The notes beneath the pieces are model-generated. The model did not search any database. It worked only from the letters and a program-made list of their open reading frames with translations, and was not told the DNA's origin. 64,000 nucleotides of DNA from NCBI GenBank assembly GCA_963737655.1, contig CAVTTN010000002.1, forward strand, positions 2,016,001-2,080,000. Reading direction: 5' to 3'. Below, one piece after another: positions 31,359 to 41,755 of this stretch. Numbering within the stretch: the first letter of the stretch is position 1; each line of letters starts with the position of its first letter. Both the position numbers and the translations under genes were made by a program. This DNA is from an uncultured Planctomycetota bacterium. Its GTDB lineage: Bacteria; Planctomycetota; Planctomycetia; Isosphaerales; Isosphaeraceae.

Positions 31359-31927
31359 TCAGCCAAAGATCAAAGGATAGGCGATCAAGAGCGCGATATT
31401 CGCCAGCCAGAGCCCGCCGAGGACCAGGCCGAAGGCGTCCGGCCGGCGGATTCGGAACCGCCCGATCAGGGCGAGGAGCACCCAGGCGCCCAGGACGCGC
31501 CGGGCACGCGGAATTCCAGGGCGTTGCGGAGGTCATAAGACAGGGCAGGAGGGCCCGCGAAGGTCGGCCTCCCGCTCAGGCACTGGAGGAGGGCCGAGAT
31601 CCCTCCCACGATCACCGCGACCGTCACGGCGAGCGCCCCGGGACGCCTCAGAGACCGCCCCCGGCTGGCGATCGCGGCTCGGAGGGTCGGGGCCGCCGCG
31701 CCCAGGGTGATCGGGCCGAGGACGAAGGCCGAATCGTGCCAGAACCGCCGGAACGGCCACTCCCCGGCCGAGGCCCAGCCCGCCGCCGGGACCGGCCCCG
31801 CCGGCTTCGGCTCCATCCGAAGGAACTGGGCGTCCGCCCAGGCGGCCGCGAACCCGCCCGCGACCAGGGCCGCGATCACGCAAGACAGGTCCAGGAGCAC
31901 GGCGATCCGGCGGAGACGGTCGGCCAC
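31359..31927 (-). CDS. Lineage-specific membrane protein; -1 frameshift near 31497
   Basis: Corrected C-terminus [17 protein letters not shown]...[20 protein letters not shown]. Resembles 31938-32540 and 42574-43197. Confidence 0.65.
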
Positions 31928-31937
31928 GGGCGATCCC

Positions 31938-32540
31938 TCAAGACATCCACGACACGAGCTTCTGGAGCCACGGCAGGAGGAACGGACCGATCAGGACCAC
32001 CAGCCAGTACGCCCCGAGGAGCCGGCCCAGGCGGTCGATCCAGTGGGGCTCGGCCCGCCATCGACGCATCAGGATCAAGGCGAGCCACGCCCCGGCGACC
32101 GAGGCGGCCGTCCACGAGGTGATCAGGAGCCAGACCTGCTCGAAGGCGTCGGGCCTCCGGAACCCCGGCCGGTGGCGGACCGCCGCGAACCACGCCAGCC
32201 CGGGAAGGAGCGAGGCGATCCCCGCCATCCCGGCCGCGAACCCCGGACCCCGGGCCAATCGGCGGATCGAGGGCCTCGGGGGTTCGAACCTCAAGGCCAC
32301 CAGGGCCGCCATCATCGGCACCGCCACGCACGAGATCGGCCCATAGAGCCACGAGAACAGCCGGATGACCCAGAGGCCGCGCTCGCCTCTCATCTGCTGC
32401 TGGGCGAACGCCATCGCCCGGACGAACCCCGGCCAGTAGGCGTTGACCAACCACGCCGCCACGGCCGACGCCGCCACCAGGATCATCCCGTCGGAGATCG
32501 AGAACCGCCGCCGGATCGGCGACGGAGTCCGGGGGCTCAT
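31938..32540 (-). CDS. Lineage-specific multi-TM membrane protein
   Basis: [14 protein letters not shown]...GPG...[30 protein letters not shown] overlap with the ATPase gene. Confidence 0.72.
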   Translation of the reverse strand: MSPRTPSPIRRRFSISDGMILVAASAVAAWLVNAYWPGFVRAMAFAQQQMRGERGLWVIRLFSWLYGPISCVAVPMMAALVALRFEPPRPSIRRLARGPGFAAGMAGIASLLPGLAWFAAVRHRPGFRRPDAFEQVWLLITSWTAASVAGAWLALILMRRWRAEPHWIDRLGRLLGAYWLVVLIGPFLLPWLQKLVSWMS

Positions 32541-33697
32541 GAGGCCGCCTCCCCCGCCAGCACGGGCTCGACGGCCACATCCGATTCCACCCGCCCATCC
32601 CGAATCCGCACGATCCGCCGGCACTTCGCCGCCACGTCGGGCTCGTGGGTGACGACCACGATGGTCTGCCCCTCGCGATGGAGCTCGGCGAACAGGGCGA
32701 GGATCTCGTCGCCGGTCTGGGTGTCCAAATTGCCCGTCGGTTCGTCGGCGAGGATCAGGGACGGCCTCTGGACCAGGGCCCGGGCGATCGCCACTCTCTG
32801 CCTCTGCCCGCCGCTCATCTGGTTGGGGCGATGGTCCATCCGGTCGGCCAGGCCGACCCGCCGCAACGCCTCGATCGCCCGCTTTCGGGGCTCGGGGACC
32901 CTGGTGTACGTGAGCGGCAACTCGACGTTCCTCAGGGCCGTCTGCCTCGGCAGGAGCTCGAAGGTCTGGAAGACGAAGCCGATCTGCCGCCCCCGGACCC
33001 GGGCGAGCTCCGATTGCGGGAGCCGGGCCACGTCCCGGCCGTCGAGCCAGTACTTGCCGGACGTCGGCACATCCAGGAGCCCGAGGATATTCATCAAGGT
33101 CGATTTGCCCGACCCCGACGGCCCCATGATCGCCACCAGCTCGTTGTCGCCGATCGCCAGGTCGACGCCGCGAAGCGCATGGACCGTCTCGGCCGCCATC
33201 CGGTATTCCTTGGCGATCCCTTCCAGGCGGATGATCGCGCCGCCGCCGTCTCCGGCTCCGGGCTTCTCGTCGAGGTCCGCGCTCGATGATCCCTCCGGCC
33301 CGAGGGTCCGCCAGACGACCAGGCCGACCAGGACGAGGCTCCCGACGACCACCACCGCCGTCAGCACCACGATCGACGCGAACGCCGGCTCGTAGTGGCC
33401 CGAGTCGATCGCCTTCCGGCCCCGATCGTACCGCCAGGCCGACCACCCGCAGAACGCCGTGCCGATCAGCAAGAACACGACCCCGCTGACCAGGAACTCA
33501 TGCCCCGAACGGAACCGGACCGTCTGGGCGCCCATCGCCACTCCGGCCGCCGCGATCTGGCGGAGGAACAGGCCCATCCTCGCCAGGACGAACCCCAGGC
33601 CGATCAGCCCCAGGGACGTCCGGACCCAGGCCAGGAACGTCCGCTCATTGGCCAGGTGGTCGCGGGTCCGGTTTGACGAGGAGCTTGCGGGTTCCAC
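32537..33697 (-). CDS. DUF202 (YidH-like) membrane domain in frame with a LolD/MacB-type ABC ATPase; probably two genes joined by a 1-nt insertion at 33285
   Basis: [16 protein letters not shown] (DUF202). Walker [33 protein letters not shown]. Confidence 0.85.
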   Translation of the reverse strand: MEPASSSSNRTRDHLANERTFLAWVRTSLGLIGLGFVLARMGLFLRQIAAAGVAMGAQTVRFRSGHEFLVSGVVFLLIGTAFCGWSAWRYDRGRKAIDSGHYEPAFASIVVLTAVVVVGSLVLVGLVVWRTLGPEGSSSADLDEKPGAGDGGGAIIRLEGIAKEYRMAAETVHALRGVDLAIGDNELVAIMGPSGSGKSTLMNILGLLDVPTSGKYWLDGRDVARLPQSELARVRGRQIGFVFQTFELLPRQTALRNVELPLTYTRVPEPRKRAIEALRRVGLADRMDHRPNQMSGGQRQRVAIARALVQRPSLILADEPTGNLDTQTGDEILALFAELHREGQTIVVVTHEPDVAAKCRRIVRIRDGRVESDVAVEPVLAGEAAS

Positions 33698-33730
33698 GGC
33701 GGAAAACTCTCCCTTAAGCCGAGTGGGGTC

Positions 33731-33778
33731 GTTCCCGGGTGGCATGTCTCCGAAGACGTGAGCATGCCGCCCGGGAAC
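33731..33778. repeat. Degenerate REP family B hairpin
   Basis: GTTCCCGGGTGGCATG...CGAAGACGTGAGCATGCCGCCCGGGAAC shares GGGTGGCATG and CGAAGACGTG with 23064-23148. Confidence 0.65.
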
Positions 33779-33951
33779 ATCCTCCGAAGGGAAGACACCG
33801 GCCGCGACGATCGCGACGGCCGGGCGGTCGGTTCCTCGGATGCGAGGCGTGACGGTCGGGCGAGGTCGGTCCTCGTCGGAATCCCGCGCCGGGCGGCCTC
33901 TCCGTGCTAGCGTTGAGGGTTCCGCTCGGAAACTCAACGGAGGGGAATCCC

Positions 33952-34314
33952 ATGCGGCGAATCCTCGGGACGGTGGCGGTGGCGGTCGGTCTCTGGGCGG
34001 CGGGCGGGTCGGGCGCCCGGGCCCAGTATCTCATGCCCGGGGACGCGGCCGGGTTCGGCCGATACGGGATCTCCAATGGCAAGGGCTACAGCGTGAACAC
34101 GCCGAGGGGCGTGGGCTACTATACCGGCCTGTACTACCCGACCGACAACCAGGGGCCGTCGGCCTACTACGACCCGATCTGGTCGAGCCTCAACGGCCGG
34201 CCGAAATTCCCGAACAATCGCGACTGGTCGTTCTCGCCCCCGTGGTCGGCCAACTACCGCCAGGGCCAGGCCCGGCCCAGGCTGATGGCCCGGTTCCGGC
34301 ACGAGGGCGAGTGA
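33952..34314 (+). CDS. Small secreted Tyr/Gly-rich hypothetical protein
   Basis: GGAGGGG RBS, signal peptide ending ARA/Q. Confidence 0.7.
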   Translation: MRRILGTVAVAVGLWAAGGSGARAQYLMPGDAAGFGRYGISNGKGYSVNTPRGVGYYTGLYYPTDNQGPSAYYDPIWSSLNGRPKFPNNRDWSFSPPWSANYRQGQARPRLMARFRHEGE

Positions 34315-34325
34315 GCTCTCGAGGA

Positions 34326-35624
34326 TCAAGACGGCCGTCCCTCCGGCTCGGTGCCGACCTTCGCCGGGGTCACGGGGTGGCCGTCCTTGAGCTCGTCCAG
34401 GGCGCGGAAGGGGCCGACGATCACGCGGTCCGTCGGCGCCAGGCCCGAGAGGATCTCGACGCGGTTCTCGTCGCTGATCCCGGTCTCGACCGGCCGCGCC
34501 CGGGCCGCTCCGTTCTCGACGACGAAGACGATCGTGACGTACCGCGCCTCGGCATCTCGCGCCTTCTCGCGGAAGCCCGCGAGGTTTTTCGCCGCCCATT
34601 CGCGGACGGCCGGGCTGTCCGGCAGGTCTTTGCGGCGGCGGTGGACGACGGCCTGGACCGGGATTCCGAGGACGTCGTCGGCCCTCTTGACCTCGATCTC
34701 CACCGTCGCCGTCATCTCCGGCCGGACCGCGTCGCCGTGGGACGAGCCGACCGTCACCAGGGTCTCGAAATACACCACCTCGTCGGTCTTCTTCCCCTTC
34801 GGCGCCACGCGATCGACGGTCCCGGGGATCGGCCGGGCGGGGTCGGCCTGGAGATAGACGCGGCTGACCTGCCCCCGGCGGACGAGGGGGACGTCGGTCT
34901 CGTCCACCTCGGCCCGGACCTGCATCCGCGACAGGTCGGCCACCGTCATCAGGACCGTCCCCGGCAGGTTCGTCGTCCCGGCGATCACGACCTCGCCGAC
35001 CTCGACCTCGCAGCCCGAGACCACGCCGTCGATCGGGGCGCGGATCTCGGTGCGGTCGAGGTCTTGCTGGCTCGTCCGCCTCATGGCCTCGCTCTCGCGG
35101 AGCTCGTTGCGGCAGACGTTCACGGCGGCCTCGGATCGGGTCATCGCCGATCGGGCGTCGGCCAGCTCGGTGGGCGTGGCCACGCCCCGGAGCGAGAGCT
35201 TGGCCGATCGGTCCACGTCGCGAGACGCCTTGTCGCGGTCGGATTCGGCCTGGGCGATCGCGGATCTCAGCCTCTCGATCCTCGCCAGCATCGAGTCCAG
35301 CCGGGCCCGGGCCTCGGTCTCCTCGAGCTTCACGAGCAGGTCGCCCTTCTTGACCGTGTCGCCGTCCTTCACGCGGACCTGCACGACCCGGCCGACGATC
35401 TGCGAGGCGATCTCCGCCTCGTCGACCGGCTCGACCACGCCGGGGGCGATCACCGTCTGGACGATCGGCCCGCGGACGGCCGACTCGACGGCCACCTCGC
35501 GAGGGGGCGGCTTGACGAGCTGCCAGTCGATCGTCATGGCCCTCGGGTCGCGCCCGAGGTTGGCCGCGGCGACGACCCCCACCACCACCACAACGGCCAT
35601 CGCGGCCAGGAGCGAACGTCGCAT
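34326..35624 (-). CDS. Efflux periplasmic adaptor (MacA/HlyD family)
   Basis: IASQIVGRV..V.VKDGDTVKKGDLL, IRAPIDGVV, ADLSRMQVRAEVDETDV, VEILSGL. Confidence 0.92.
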   Translation of the reverse strand: MRRSLLAAMAVVVVVGVVAAANLGRDPRAMTIDWQLVKPPPREVAVESAVRGPIVQTVIAPGVVEPVDEAEIASQIVGRVVQVRVKDGDTVKKGDLLVKLEETEARARLDSMLARIERLRSAIAQAESDRDKASRDVDRSAKLSLRGVATPTELADARSAMTRSEAAVNVCRNELRESEAMRRTSQQDLDRTEIRAPIDGVVSGCEVEVGEVVIAGTTNLPGTVLMTVADLSRMQVRAEVDETDVPLVRRGQVSRVYLQADPARPIPGTVDRVAPKGKKTDEVVYFETLVTVGSSHGDAVRPEMTATVEIEVKRADDVLGIPVQAVVHRRRKDLPDSPAVREWAAKNLAGFREKARDAEARYVTIVFVVENGAARARPVETGISDENRVEILSGLAPTDRVIVGPFRALDELKDGHPVTPAKVGTEPEGRPS

Positions 35625-35649
35625 CGGTCGCCTTTCTGATTGCAAACGA

Positions 35650-36360
35650 TCAGACCTCGGGCAAGAGCGACAGCCGCATCCCCGCGCCGACCACCAACGC
35701 CGCCATCATCCGCATCACCGACTCACTCATCCACAGCGTCCCGCAGATCAGGAAGGCCGAGACCGGCCCGACCTGCCTCCGGCGGACGCCCCCCCAGGCG
35801 ATCGCCAGCCAGCCCATCAGGGCGAAGGCGTCGAGCTGGCGCATCACGACGACCTCGGCGGCCTGATGCTCGCCCGGCCCGAGCAGGAGGGCCGCCGAGG
35901 TCTCGATCTCCGGCCGCTTCAGGAAGAGGGTCAGCCCGAGCCTCACGGCCAGCCCGAGCACCCAGAACCCCTGGGCGGCCGAGCACGCCGCCAGGCCCCG
36001 AGAAAACCCGATCGGCCGGCCCGTCATCGCGGCGATCCCGGCGAACGCCACGGCCGCCAGGCTCGCCCGGAGGATCAGCCCGAGGGGCTCGAACCCCAGG
36101 TCGCCGAGGATTTCCAGGGCCGACCAGAAGACGCGCGAGTCCCTCTGGAGGCCGATCGCCTTGCGAACCACGTCGTCGGGCTGCTCGCCGACGCCTCGCG
36201 ACTCCGCCCGGCCCGCGCCCTCCTCGACGGCCGAGGAAACCTCGGTCCCCCTCGCCCCGGCGACCCAGAGAGACGCCTGCATCAGCACGGTCAGCGCGAT
36301 CCATCCGGCCAGGATCGGCCCCGCCGCCACCGATCGACCCTCCGTCGGTTCGCTCGCCAC
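35650..36360 (-). CDS. YIP1-like membrane protein
   Basis: Multiple TM segments, LDAFALMGW pattern, position upstream of the adaptor gene; GTG start with GGAGG. Confidence 0.6.
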   Translation of the reverse strand: MASEPTEGRSVAAGPILAGWIALTVLMQASLWVAGARGTEVSSAVEEGAGRAESRGVGEQPDDVVRKAIGLQRDSRVFWSALEILGDLGFEPLGLILRASLAAVAFAGIAAMTGRPIGFSRGLAACSAAQGFWVLGLAVRLGLTLFLKRPEIETSAALLLGPGEHQAAEVVVMRQLDAFALMGWLAIAWGGVRRRQVGPVSAFLICGTLWMSESVMRMMAALVVGAGMRLSLLPEV

Positions 36361-36519
36361 GTCGCCAGGCCCTCCGCCGCATCGCCGCCCTCGTCCCGAA
36401 GCGCTTCGGCCCCGCCGGCCGTCATTCTCGCAAATCTCGCCGGATCGCCCAAGTCCGGCTTCGATACCCGTCGCCGACGGCCCGGGTTTCGACCTGGTGA
36501 GGGTCGCCTCGCCAGGGTC

Positions 36520-36548
36520 TTGCAATCGTTTGGCCCTCGTGCCATAGT
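36520..36548 (+). promoter_or_regulatory. Putative sigma-70 promoter for nuoLM
   Basis: TTGCAA-17 nt-CATAGT with TG immediately upstream (extended -10-like). Confidence 0.45.
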
Positions 36549-36620
36549 TCACGAGCCTCCGACCGGGCCTGGCGAGAACGGCTGCGGTCGGCCCGAGCGA
36601 TCCCCGGCGAGACATCGGCG

Positions 36621-38996
36621 ATGACGACCCCTCCGTGGCAAGTTTGGCTCTACGTGGCCGCGGTGCTGATCCCCCTGGGGGCCTTCGTCGTCGAGCTCCT
36701 GCTCCTCCGACTCCTCGGCAAGCTCAACGCCTATCTCGCGACCGCCGCCATCCTCTCGTCGTTCGTCCTGAGCGTGGTCGGCCTCTCGACGGCCCTGCCC
36801 AGCCTCCTCTCTCACGAGAAGCAGGAAGCCCGGGCCGGCGAGGACAAGATCAAGGGCGAGGGGCCGATCGACGCGAAGGGGCATGTCGAGGAACACGCCT
36901 CCGCCGAACACGCCGGCCCGCCGGTCTGGGAGGTCGGCTTCGACTGGGTCGCCCTCGGCGGCGGGATCGTCCAGCCCTCCGACGTGATCGCCGAGAAACC
37001 CGCGACGGCCCGCCCCCCCCTGATCATCCCGATCCGCGTCCGGATCGACGGCCTCTCGATGATCATGTTCACCATGGTCACGTTCGTGGCCTCGCTGGTG
37101 CATCTCTACTCGATCGGCTACATGCACGGCGACAAGCGATACCCGCTGTTCTTCGCCTACCTGTCGCTGTTCTGCTTCTCGATGCTCGGCCTGCTCGCCT
37201 CGGCGAACGTCCTGATGGTGTTCATGTGCTGGGAGCTGGTGGGCGTCTGCTCGTACCTCCTGATCGGGTTCTGGTACGAGGAGAAGAAGAACTCCGACGC
37301 GGCCAACAAGGCGTTCATCGCCAACCGCATGGGGGACGTCGGGATGCTCGTCGGCCTGGGGATCATCTGGGCCTACTTCGGCACGTTCGACATCGCCACC
37401 CTGAACGGCAAGGCGCCGGTGGCGATCCAGGGGAAAGCCGTCGAATACGGCCTGTCGGCCCACGACCTCCGCGACGAGTTCGGCCGGATCACGCAGAGCT
37501 CGGCCGGGGGCGAGTCGGTCACGGTCAAGCTGCCCGAGACCGTCGACGGCCAGACGACGCTCGTGCCCCACAAGATCCCGTACTGGCTGCTCGTCCTGGC
37601 CGGGCTCGGGATCTTCGCCGGCTGCGTGGGCAAGAGCGCCCAGTTCCCCCTGCACGTCTGGCTGCCCGACGCGATGGCCGGTCCCACGCCGGTCTCGGCG
37701 CTGATCCACGCGGCCACGATGGTGGCGGCGGGCGTGTATCTCGTCGGCCGGTTCTACCCGCTATTCACCGACGGCGTCCTCCTCTACATCGCCTACACCG
37801 GCGGGATCACCCTGCTGATCGCCGCGACGATCGCCGTCGTGCAGACCGACTACAAGAAGGTCCTGGCGTACTCGACGGTCAGCCAGCTCGGCTTCATGAT
37901 GCTCGGCCTGGGCGTCGGCGGCTGGGCGGCCGGGCTGTTCCACCTGCTGACGCACGCCTTCTTCAAGGCCCTCCTGTTCCTCGGCGCCGGCAGCGTCTAT
38001 CACGCCGTCCACACCTACGAGATGCCGGTGCTCGGCGGCCTGCGGAAGAAGATGCCGATCACCGCCTACACGATGCTCGCCGGCACCCTGGCGATCTCGG
38101 GCGTGCCGTTCTTCAGCGGGTTCTACTCGAAGGACGCGATCCTCGGCAACGCGCTGTTCCTGGTCCGGCAGAGGCCCGAGCACATGGCCCTGTTCATCCT
38201 GCCGGCGGTCGGGGCGCTGCTCACGGCATTCTACATGTTCCGCATGTGGTTCCTGCTCTTCTCGGGCGAGCCCCGGAAGGCGGAGGCCCACGGCCACGAT
38301 CACGGCCACGCGGCCCCCGGGCACGGACATGGGCACGACGACCACGGCCACGGCAGCCCGGCCGATCACGCCCACGAGAGCCCGCCGATCATGGCCTGGC
38401 CGCTGATCGCCCTGGCGATCCCGGCGGTCATCATCGGCTATCCCCTGACCGTGATCCCGATCCAGGAGCCGGTCCTCGAAGCGATGCTCGCCGCCGTCGA
38501 GCCGATCGGGGCGGTGGAGCTGGGCTCGGCCAAGTGGCTGGCGATGGGCGGGTCGATCCTGATCGCCCTGGTCGGCATCGCCGCGGCGGCGCTCTATTAT
38601 TCGCCCCGCAAGCTGCTCAACCCGGCCACCAGCGCCCGCCGCTACTCCTGGGCCTATGACCTGTTCATCCACAAGTGGTATTTCGACGAGATTTACGACG
38701 CCCTGCTCGTCAAGCCCACGCTCGCGCTGGCCCGTGGCGTGGCGGCGTTCGACAAGGCGTTCGTCGATGGGATCGTCAATGCCGCCGCCGGCCTGACCGT
38801 CGGCCTGAGCAAGTTCGAGGGCTTCTTCGACCGCTTCGCCGTGGACGGCCTGGTCACCCTGGTGTCTCGGCTCGTGTACGTCCTGGGGGACTACGGCCGA
38901 TCGATCCAGACCGGTCGGCTGAGGAATTACCTGGCCCTGCTCGCCCTGGCCGTCGTCGGCCTGTTCGCGGGCGTCTTCTACTGGATTCAGGCCTGA
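36621..38996 (+). CDS. nuoL: NADH-quinone oxidoreductase subunit L
   Basis: HLYSIGYM, WELVGVCSYLLIGFW, GKSAQFPLHVWLPDAMAGPTPVSALIHAATMV, THAFFKALLFLGAG, QTGRLRNY. Confidence 0.93.
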   Translation: MTTPPWQVWLYVAAVLIPLGAFVVELLLLRLLGKLNAYLATAAILSSFVLSVVGLSTALPSLLSHEKQEARAGEDKIKGEGPIDAKGHVEEHASAEHAGPPVWEVGFDWVALGGGIVQPSDVIAEKPATARPPLIIPIRVRIDGLSMIMFTMVTFVASLVHLYSIGYMHGDKRYPLFFAYLSLFCFSMLGLLASANVLMVFMCWELVGVCSYLLIGFWYEEKKNSDAANKAFIANRMGDVGMLVGLGIIWAYFGTFDIATLNGKAPVAIQGKAVEYGLSAHDLRDEFGRITQSSAGGESVTVKLPETVDGQTTLVPHKIPYWLLVLAGLGIFAGCVGKSAQFPLHVWLPDAMAGPTPVSALIHAATMVAAGVYLVGRFYPLFTDGVLLYIAYTGGITLLIAATIAVVQTDYKKVLAYSTVSQLGFMMLGLGVGGWAAGLFHLLTHAFFKALLFLGAGSVYHAVHTYEMPVLGGLRKKMPITAYTMLAGTLAISGVPFFSGFYSKDAILGNALFLVRQRPEHMALFILPAVGALLTAFYMFRMWFLLFSGEPRKAEAHGHDHGHAAPGHGHGHDDHGHGSPADHAHESPPIMAWPLIALAIPAVIIGYPLTVIPIQEPVLEAMLAAVEPIGAVELGSAKWLAMGGSILIALVGIAAAALYYSPRKLLNPATSARRYSWAYDLFIHKWYFDEIYDALLVKPTLALARGVAAFDKAFVDGIVNAAAGLTVGLSKFEGFFDRFAVDGLVTLVSRLVYVLGDYGRSIQTGRLRNYLALLALAVVGLFAGVFYWIQA

Positions 38997-39061
38997 CTCG
39001 GCTTCGATCCGCCACCTTGATTCGCACGGAACCAGAGAGCCAGAGAGCCGAGAGACTCACC

Positions 39062-40828
39062 ATGACCGACGCGCTCCTCAAAGACGACTGGCTGCTCAGC
39101 CTCCTCTGGGCCGTCCCCCTGGGCGGGTCGCTCCTGGTCCTGCTGATCCCGAAGAAGGCCGAGGGGGCCATCAAGGTCACCTCGCTGGCCGTCACCCTGG
39201 TGATGCTGGCCCTCTCGCTCGTCGCCTTCGCCGAGTATACCGGCTCGGGCACGAAGGACGTCGCCTCCGCCCCGCTCCGCCTGAAGGCCGAGAAGAACGC
39301 GATCACCTTCGACGGCTCGGGAGTCGTCACCGGCCACACCGACGCCCCGGGAGACCTGGTCGTCCGCCACACCTGGATCCCGTACTTCAACATCCAGTAC
39401 TACCTCGGCCTCGACGGGATCAGCCTGAGCCTGGTCCTGCTCACCGGGCTGGTGAGCGTCCTGGCGTGCCTGGCGTCGTGGAACATCGAGAAGCACGTCA
39501 AGGGCTACTTCTCGTTGTTTCTCCTGCTCAACGCCAGCATGGTCGGCGTGTTCCTCGCGCTCGATCTGTTCCTGTTCTACGTGTTCTTCGAGGTCATGCT
39601 CCTGCCGATGTACTTCCTGATCGCCATCTGGGGCGGCGAGAACCGGGAGTACGCGGCGATCAAGTTCCTGCTCTACACGCTGTTCGGCTCGGTCTTCATC
39701 CTGGTGGCCATCCTGCTGCTCTACTTCTGGGGCGGGGATAGCTCGGTACTCCCGGCCGGTCCCCAGGTCCGAGCCGGCATCGACGCTTTGGCGACGGCCT
39801 CGATGGGCAAGGCCGGCTTCACGGCCCACTCCTTCGACACCGTCTTGCTCACGCAGGTGGCGGCGACCGGATATTACGGCTCGGTCATCCAGCAGTGGAT
39901 CTTCGGCCTGTTCCTCGTCGGGTTCCTCGTCAAGCTCCCCTCGTTCCCGTTCCACACCTGGCTGCCCGATGCCCACGTCCAGGCGCCGACGCCGATCAGC
40001 ATGATCCTGGCCGGCGTCCTCCTGAAGATCGGCGGCTACGGGATGATCCGGCTGGCCTGGCCACTTGCGCCGGCCGGCGCGTATTCGCTGTCCTACTTCG
40101 TCGCCGCCCTGGGTGCCTTCAGCATCATCTATGGCGCCCTGGCGGCGATGGCTCAAACGGACTTCAAGAAGCTGGTGGCCTACAGTTCCGTGAGCCACAT
40201 GGGGTATGTGACCCTGGGGATGGCCGTGATGACCCTCACCGGCGACCCGAGGTACTACGCCTACGGGGTCAACGGCGCCATGTTCATGATGATCGCCCAC
40301 GGGATCACGTCCACGGGCATGTTCTTCCTGGTCGGGGTGATTTATGAACGGGCTCACACTCGCGACCTGAAGAAGCTCGGCGGCCTGTTCAATGTGATGC
40401 CGATCTACGGGGCCGTCTCGTTCCTGATCTTCTTCGGGTCGATGGGCCTGCCCGGCCTCTGCGGGTTCGTGGCCGAGGTCTTCGTGGTCCTGGCGTCGTT
40501 CAACTACAACATCCCCCTGGCGATCCTCGCCGCGGCGGCGGTGATCCTGACGGCCGGCTACATCCTCTGGACCCTCCAGCGCGTCTTCCTCGGCCGGAAC
40601 GATCACTACAACGGCCTGCCCGACCTCAGCCTCCGGGAGATGGTCATCGCGGCGCCTCTGGTGATCTTCACCGTCCTCCTCGGCGTGTTCCCCGGGATGC
40701 TCCTGGACTGGATGGGGCCGTCGGTGGACGACATGGTCCGCCAGGTCGTCGCCGCCCAGACCGTCCGCTCCTCCCCACCGCCCGAGGCCCCCAAGATCAC
40801 CCGGGCCGACGCCCCGGCTCCTCGGTAG
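39062..40828 (+). CDS. nuoM: NADH-quinone oxidoreductase subunit M
   Basis: GLDGISL, FYVFFEVMLLPMY, FPFHTWLPDAHVQAPT, LLKIGGYG, AYSSVSHMG, GLPGLCGFVAE. Confidence 0.93.
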   Translation: MTDALLKDDWLLSLLWAVPLGGSLLVLLIPKKAEGAIKVTSLAVTLVMLALSLVAFAEYTGSGTKDVASAPLRLKAEKNAITFDGSGVVTGHTDAPGDLVVRHTWIPYFNIQYYLGLDGISLSLVLLTGLVSVLACLASWNIEKHVKGYFSLFLLLNASMVGVFLALDLFLFYVFFEVMLLPMYFLIAIWGGENREYAAIKFLLYTLFGSVFILVAILLLYFWGGDSSVLPAGPQVRAGIDALATASMGKAGFTAHSFDTVLLTQVAATGYYGSVIQQWIFGLFLVGFLVKLPSFPFHTWLPDAHVQAPTPISMILAGVLLKIGGYGMIRLAWPLAPAGAYSLSYFVAALGAFSIIYGALAAMAQTDFKKLVAYSSVSHMGYVTLGMAVMTLTGDPRYYAYGVNGAMFMMIAHGITSTGMFFLVGVIYERAHTRDLKKLGGLFNVMPIYGAVSFLIFFGSMGLPGLCGFVAEVFVVLASFNYNIPLAILAAAAVILTAGYILWTLQRVFLGRNDHYNGLPDLSLREMVIAAPLVIFTVLLGVFPGMLLDWMGPSVDDMVRQVVAAQTVRSSPPPEAPKITRADAPAPR

Positions 40829-40852
40829 TGGCCTGTCCATCCTGCCTTCGAG

Positions 40853-40888
40853 GGGTGGCATGCTTACGTCCCCGTAAGCATGCCACCC
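40853..40888. repeat. REP family B single hairpin downstream of nuoM
   Basis: Perfect 16-bp stem GGGTGGCATGCTTACG-TCCC-CGTAAGCATGCCACCC. Confidence 0.8.
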
Positions 40889-40940
40889 GACCTGTCCCCG
40901 TTTCTCGGGCGACGTGGTCTGGGAACCCCTGTGACTGATC

Positions 40941-40969
40941 TTGCCCGGATCGGCCGGAGCGGTTATGGT
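40941..40969 (+). promoter_or_regulatory. Putative sigma-70 promoter
   Basis: TTGCCC-17 nt-TATGGT upstream of 41163. Confidence 0.35.
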
Positions 40970-41162
40970 CCCGCCACCTCGCCCCGGCGACTCATGGCCG
41001 GGGGCGGTCGGCCCATCTCATGAATCGGTCCCCGCCGAGGACTTCGCCGGGCCCGATGCGAGTCGCCAGGGAAGGCGATCCTCTCGGGCCCCGTCCGTCT
41101 CGCGGCCTCGTGGCCCGACCGACGGCCTCCTCGCTCGCCTCGTCTCAAAGGAGTGGGACACG

Positions 41163-41641
41163 ATGCGGAGCACTTCGCGGATCGCCCCCCGGGCCCTGAT
41201 CGCCGGGATCGTCGGCCTCGGCCTGGCGGCGTCCCTCGGATCGGCCCAGGCCGGCGACGACCCGCCGCCGGTCGTCGAGAACACGGTCCGCCTCGAGCTC
41301 ATGATCGCCGGCCTCGGCGCCCAGGGCGCAGGATCGAGATCAAGCCGGCCCACCCGGGCTGCCAGTTCCCGACCGTCACCAAATCCATCCCCAAGGGCCG
41401 CGCCGAGATCGTCAAGCTCCCGCCCATCGCCATCGACGCCAGGAGCACGGGCGTCGATCGCGATTGCACGTTCGAAATCACCCTGACCGAGCCGGGCCAG
41501 AAGCCCAAGACCTTCCTCCGAGGTCTCCAGTTGACCGCCGCCAGGCCCGGCGAGAAGACCCCCACCAAATCGCTCCAGTGCCGCCTGCCCGCCACGTCGG
41601 TCGCCTCGCGAGACGACGCCAAGATCAAGGAACGCCGCTGA
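41163..41641 (+). CDS. Secreted beta-rich hypothetical protein (~159 aa); -1 frameshift near 41330
   Basis: AAGGAG RBS, signal peptide ending AQA/G. Corrected frame GAQGARIEIKPAHPGCQF...DC.FEIT. Confidence 0.68.
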
Positions 41642-41755
41642 ATTTCCCGGGGTAAGGCTTGCCTCCCGGGCCGTCCGCCGACGATCATGGCCGGCGCCCC
41701 TCCCCGACGTTGGAGAGGGGCGCCGGCCACCTTCGTTCGCGACGGAAACCGCCCC

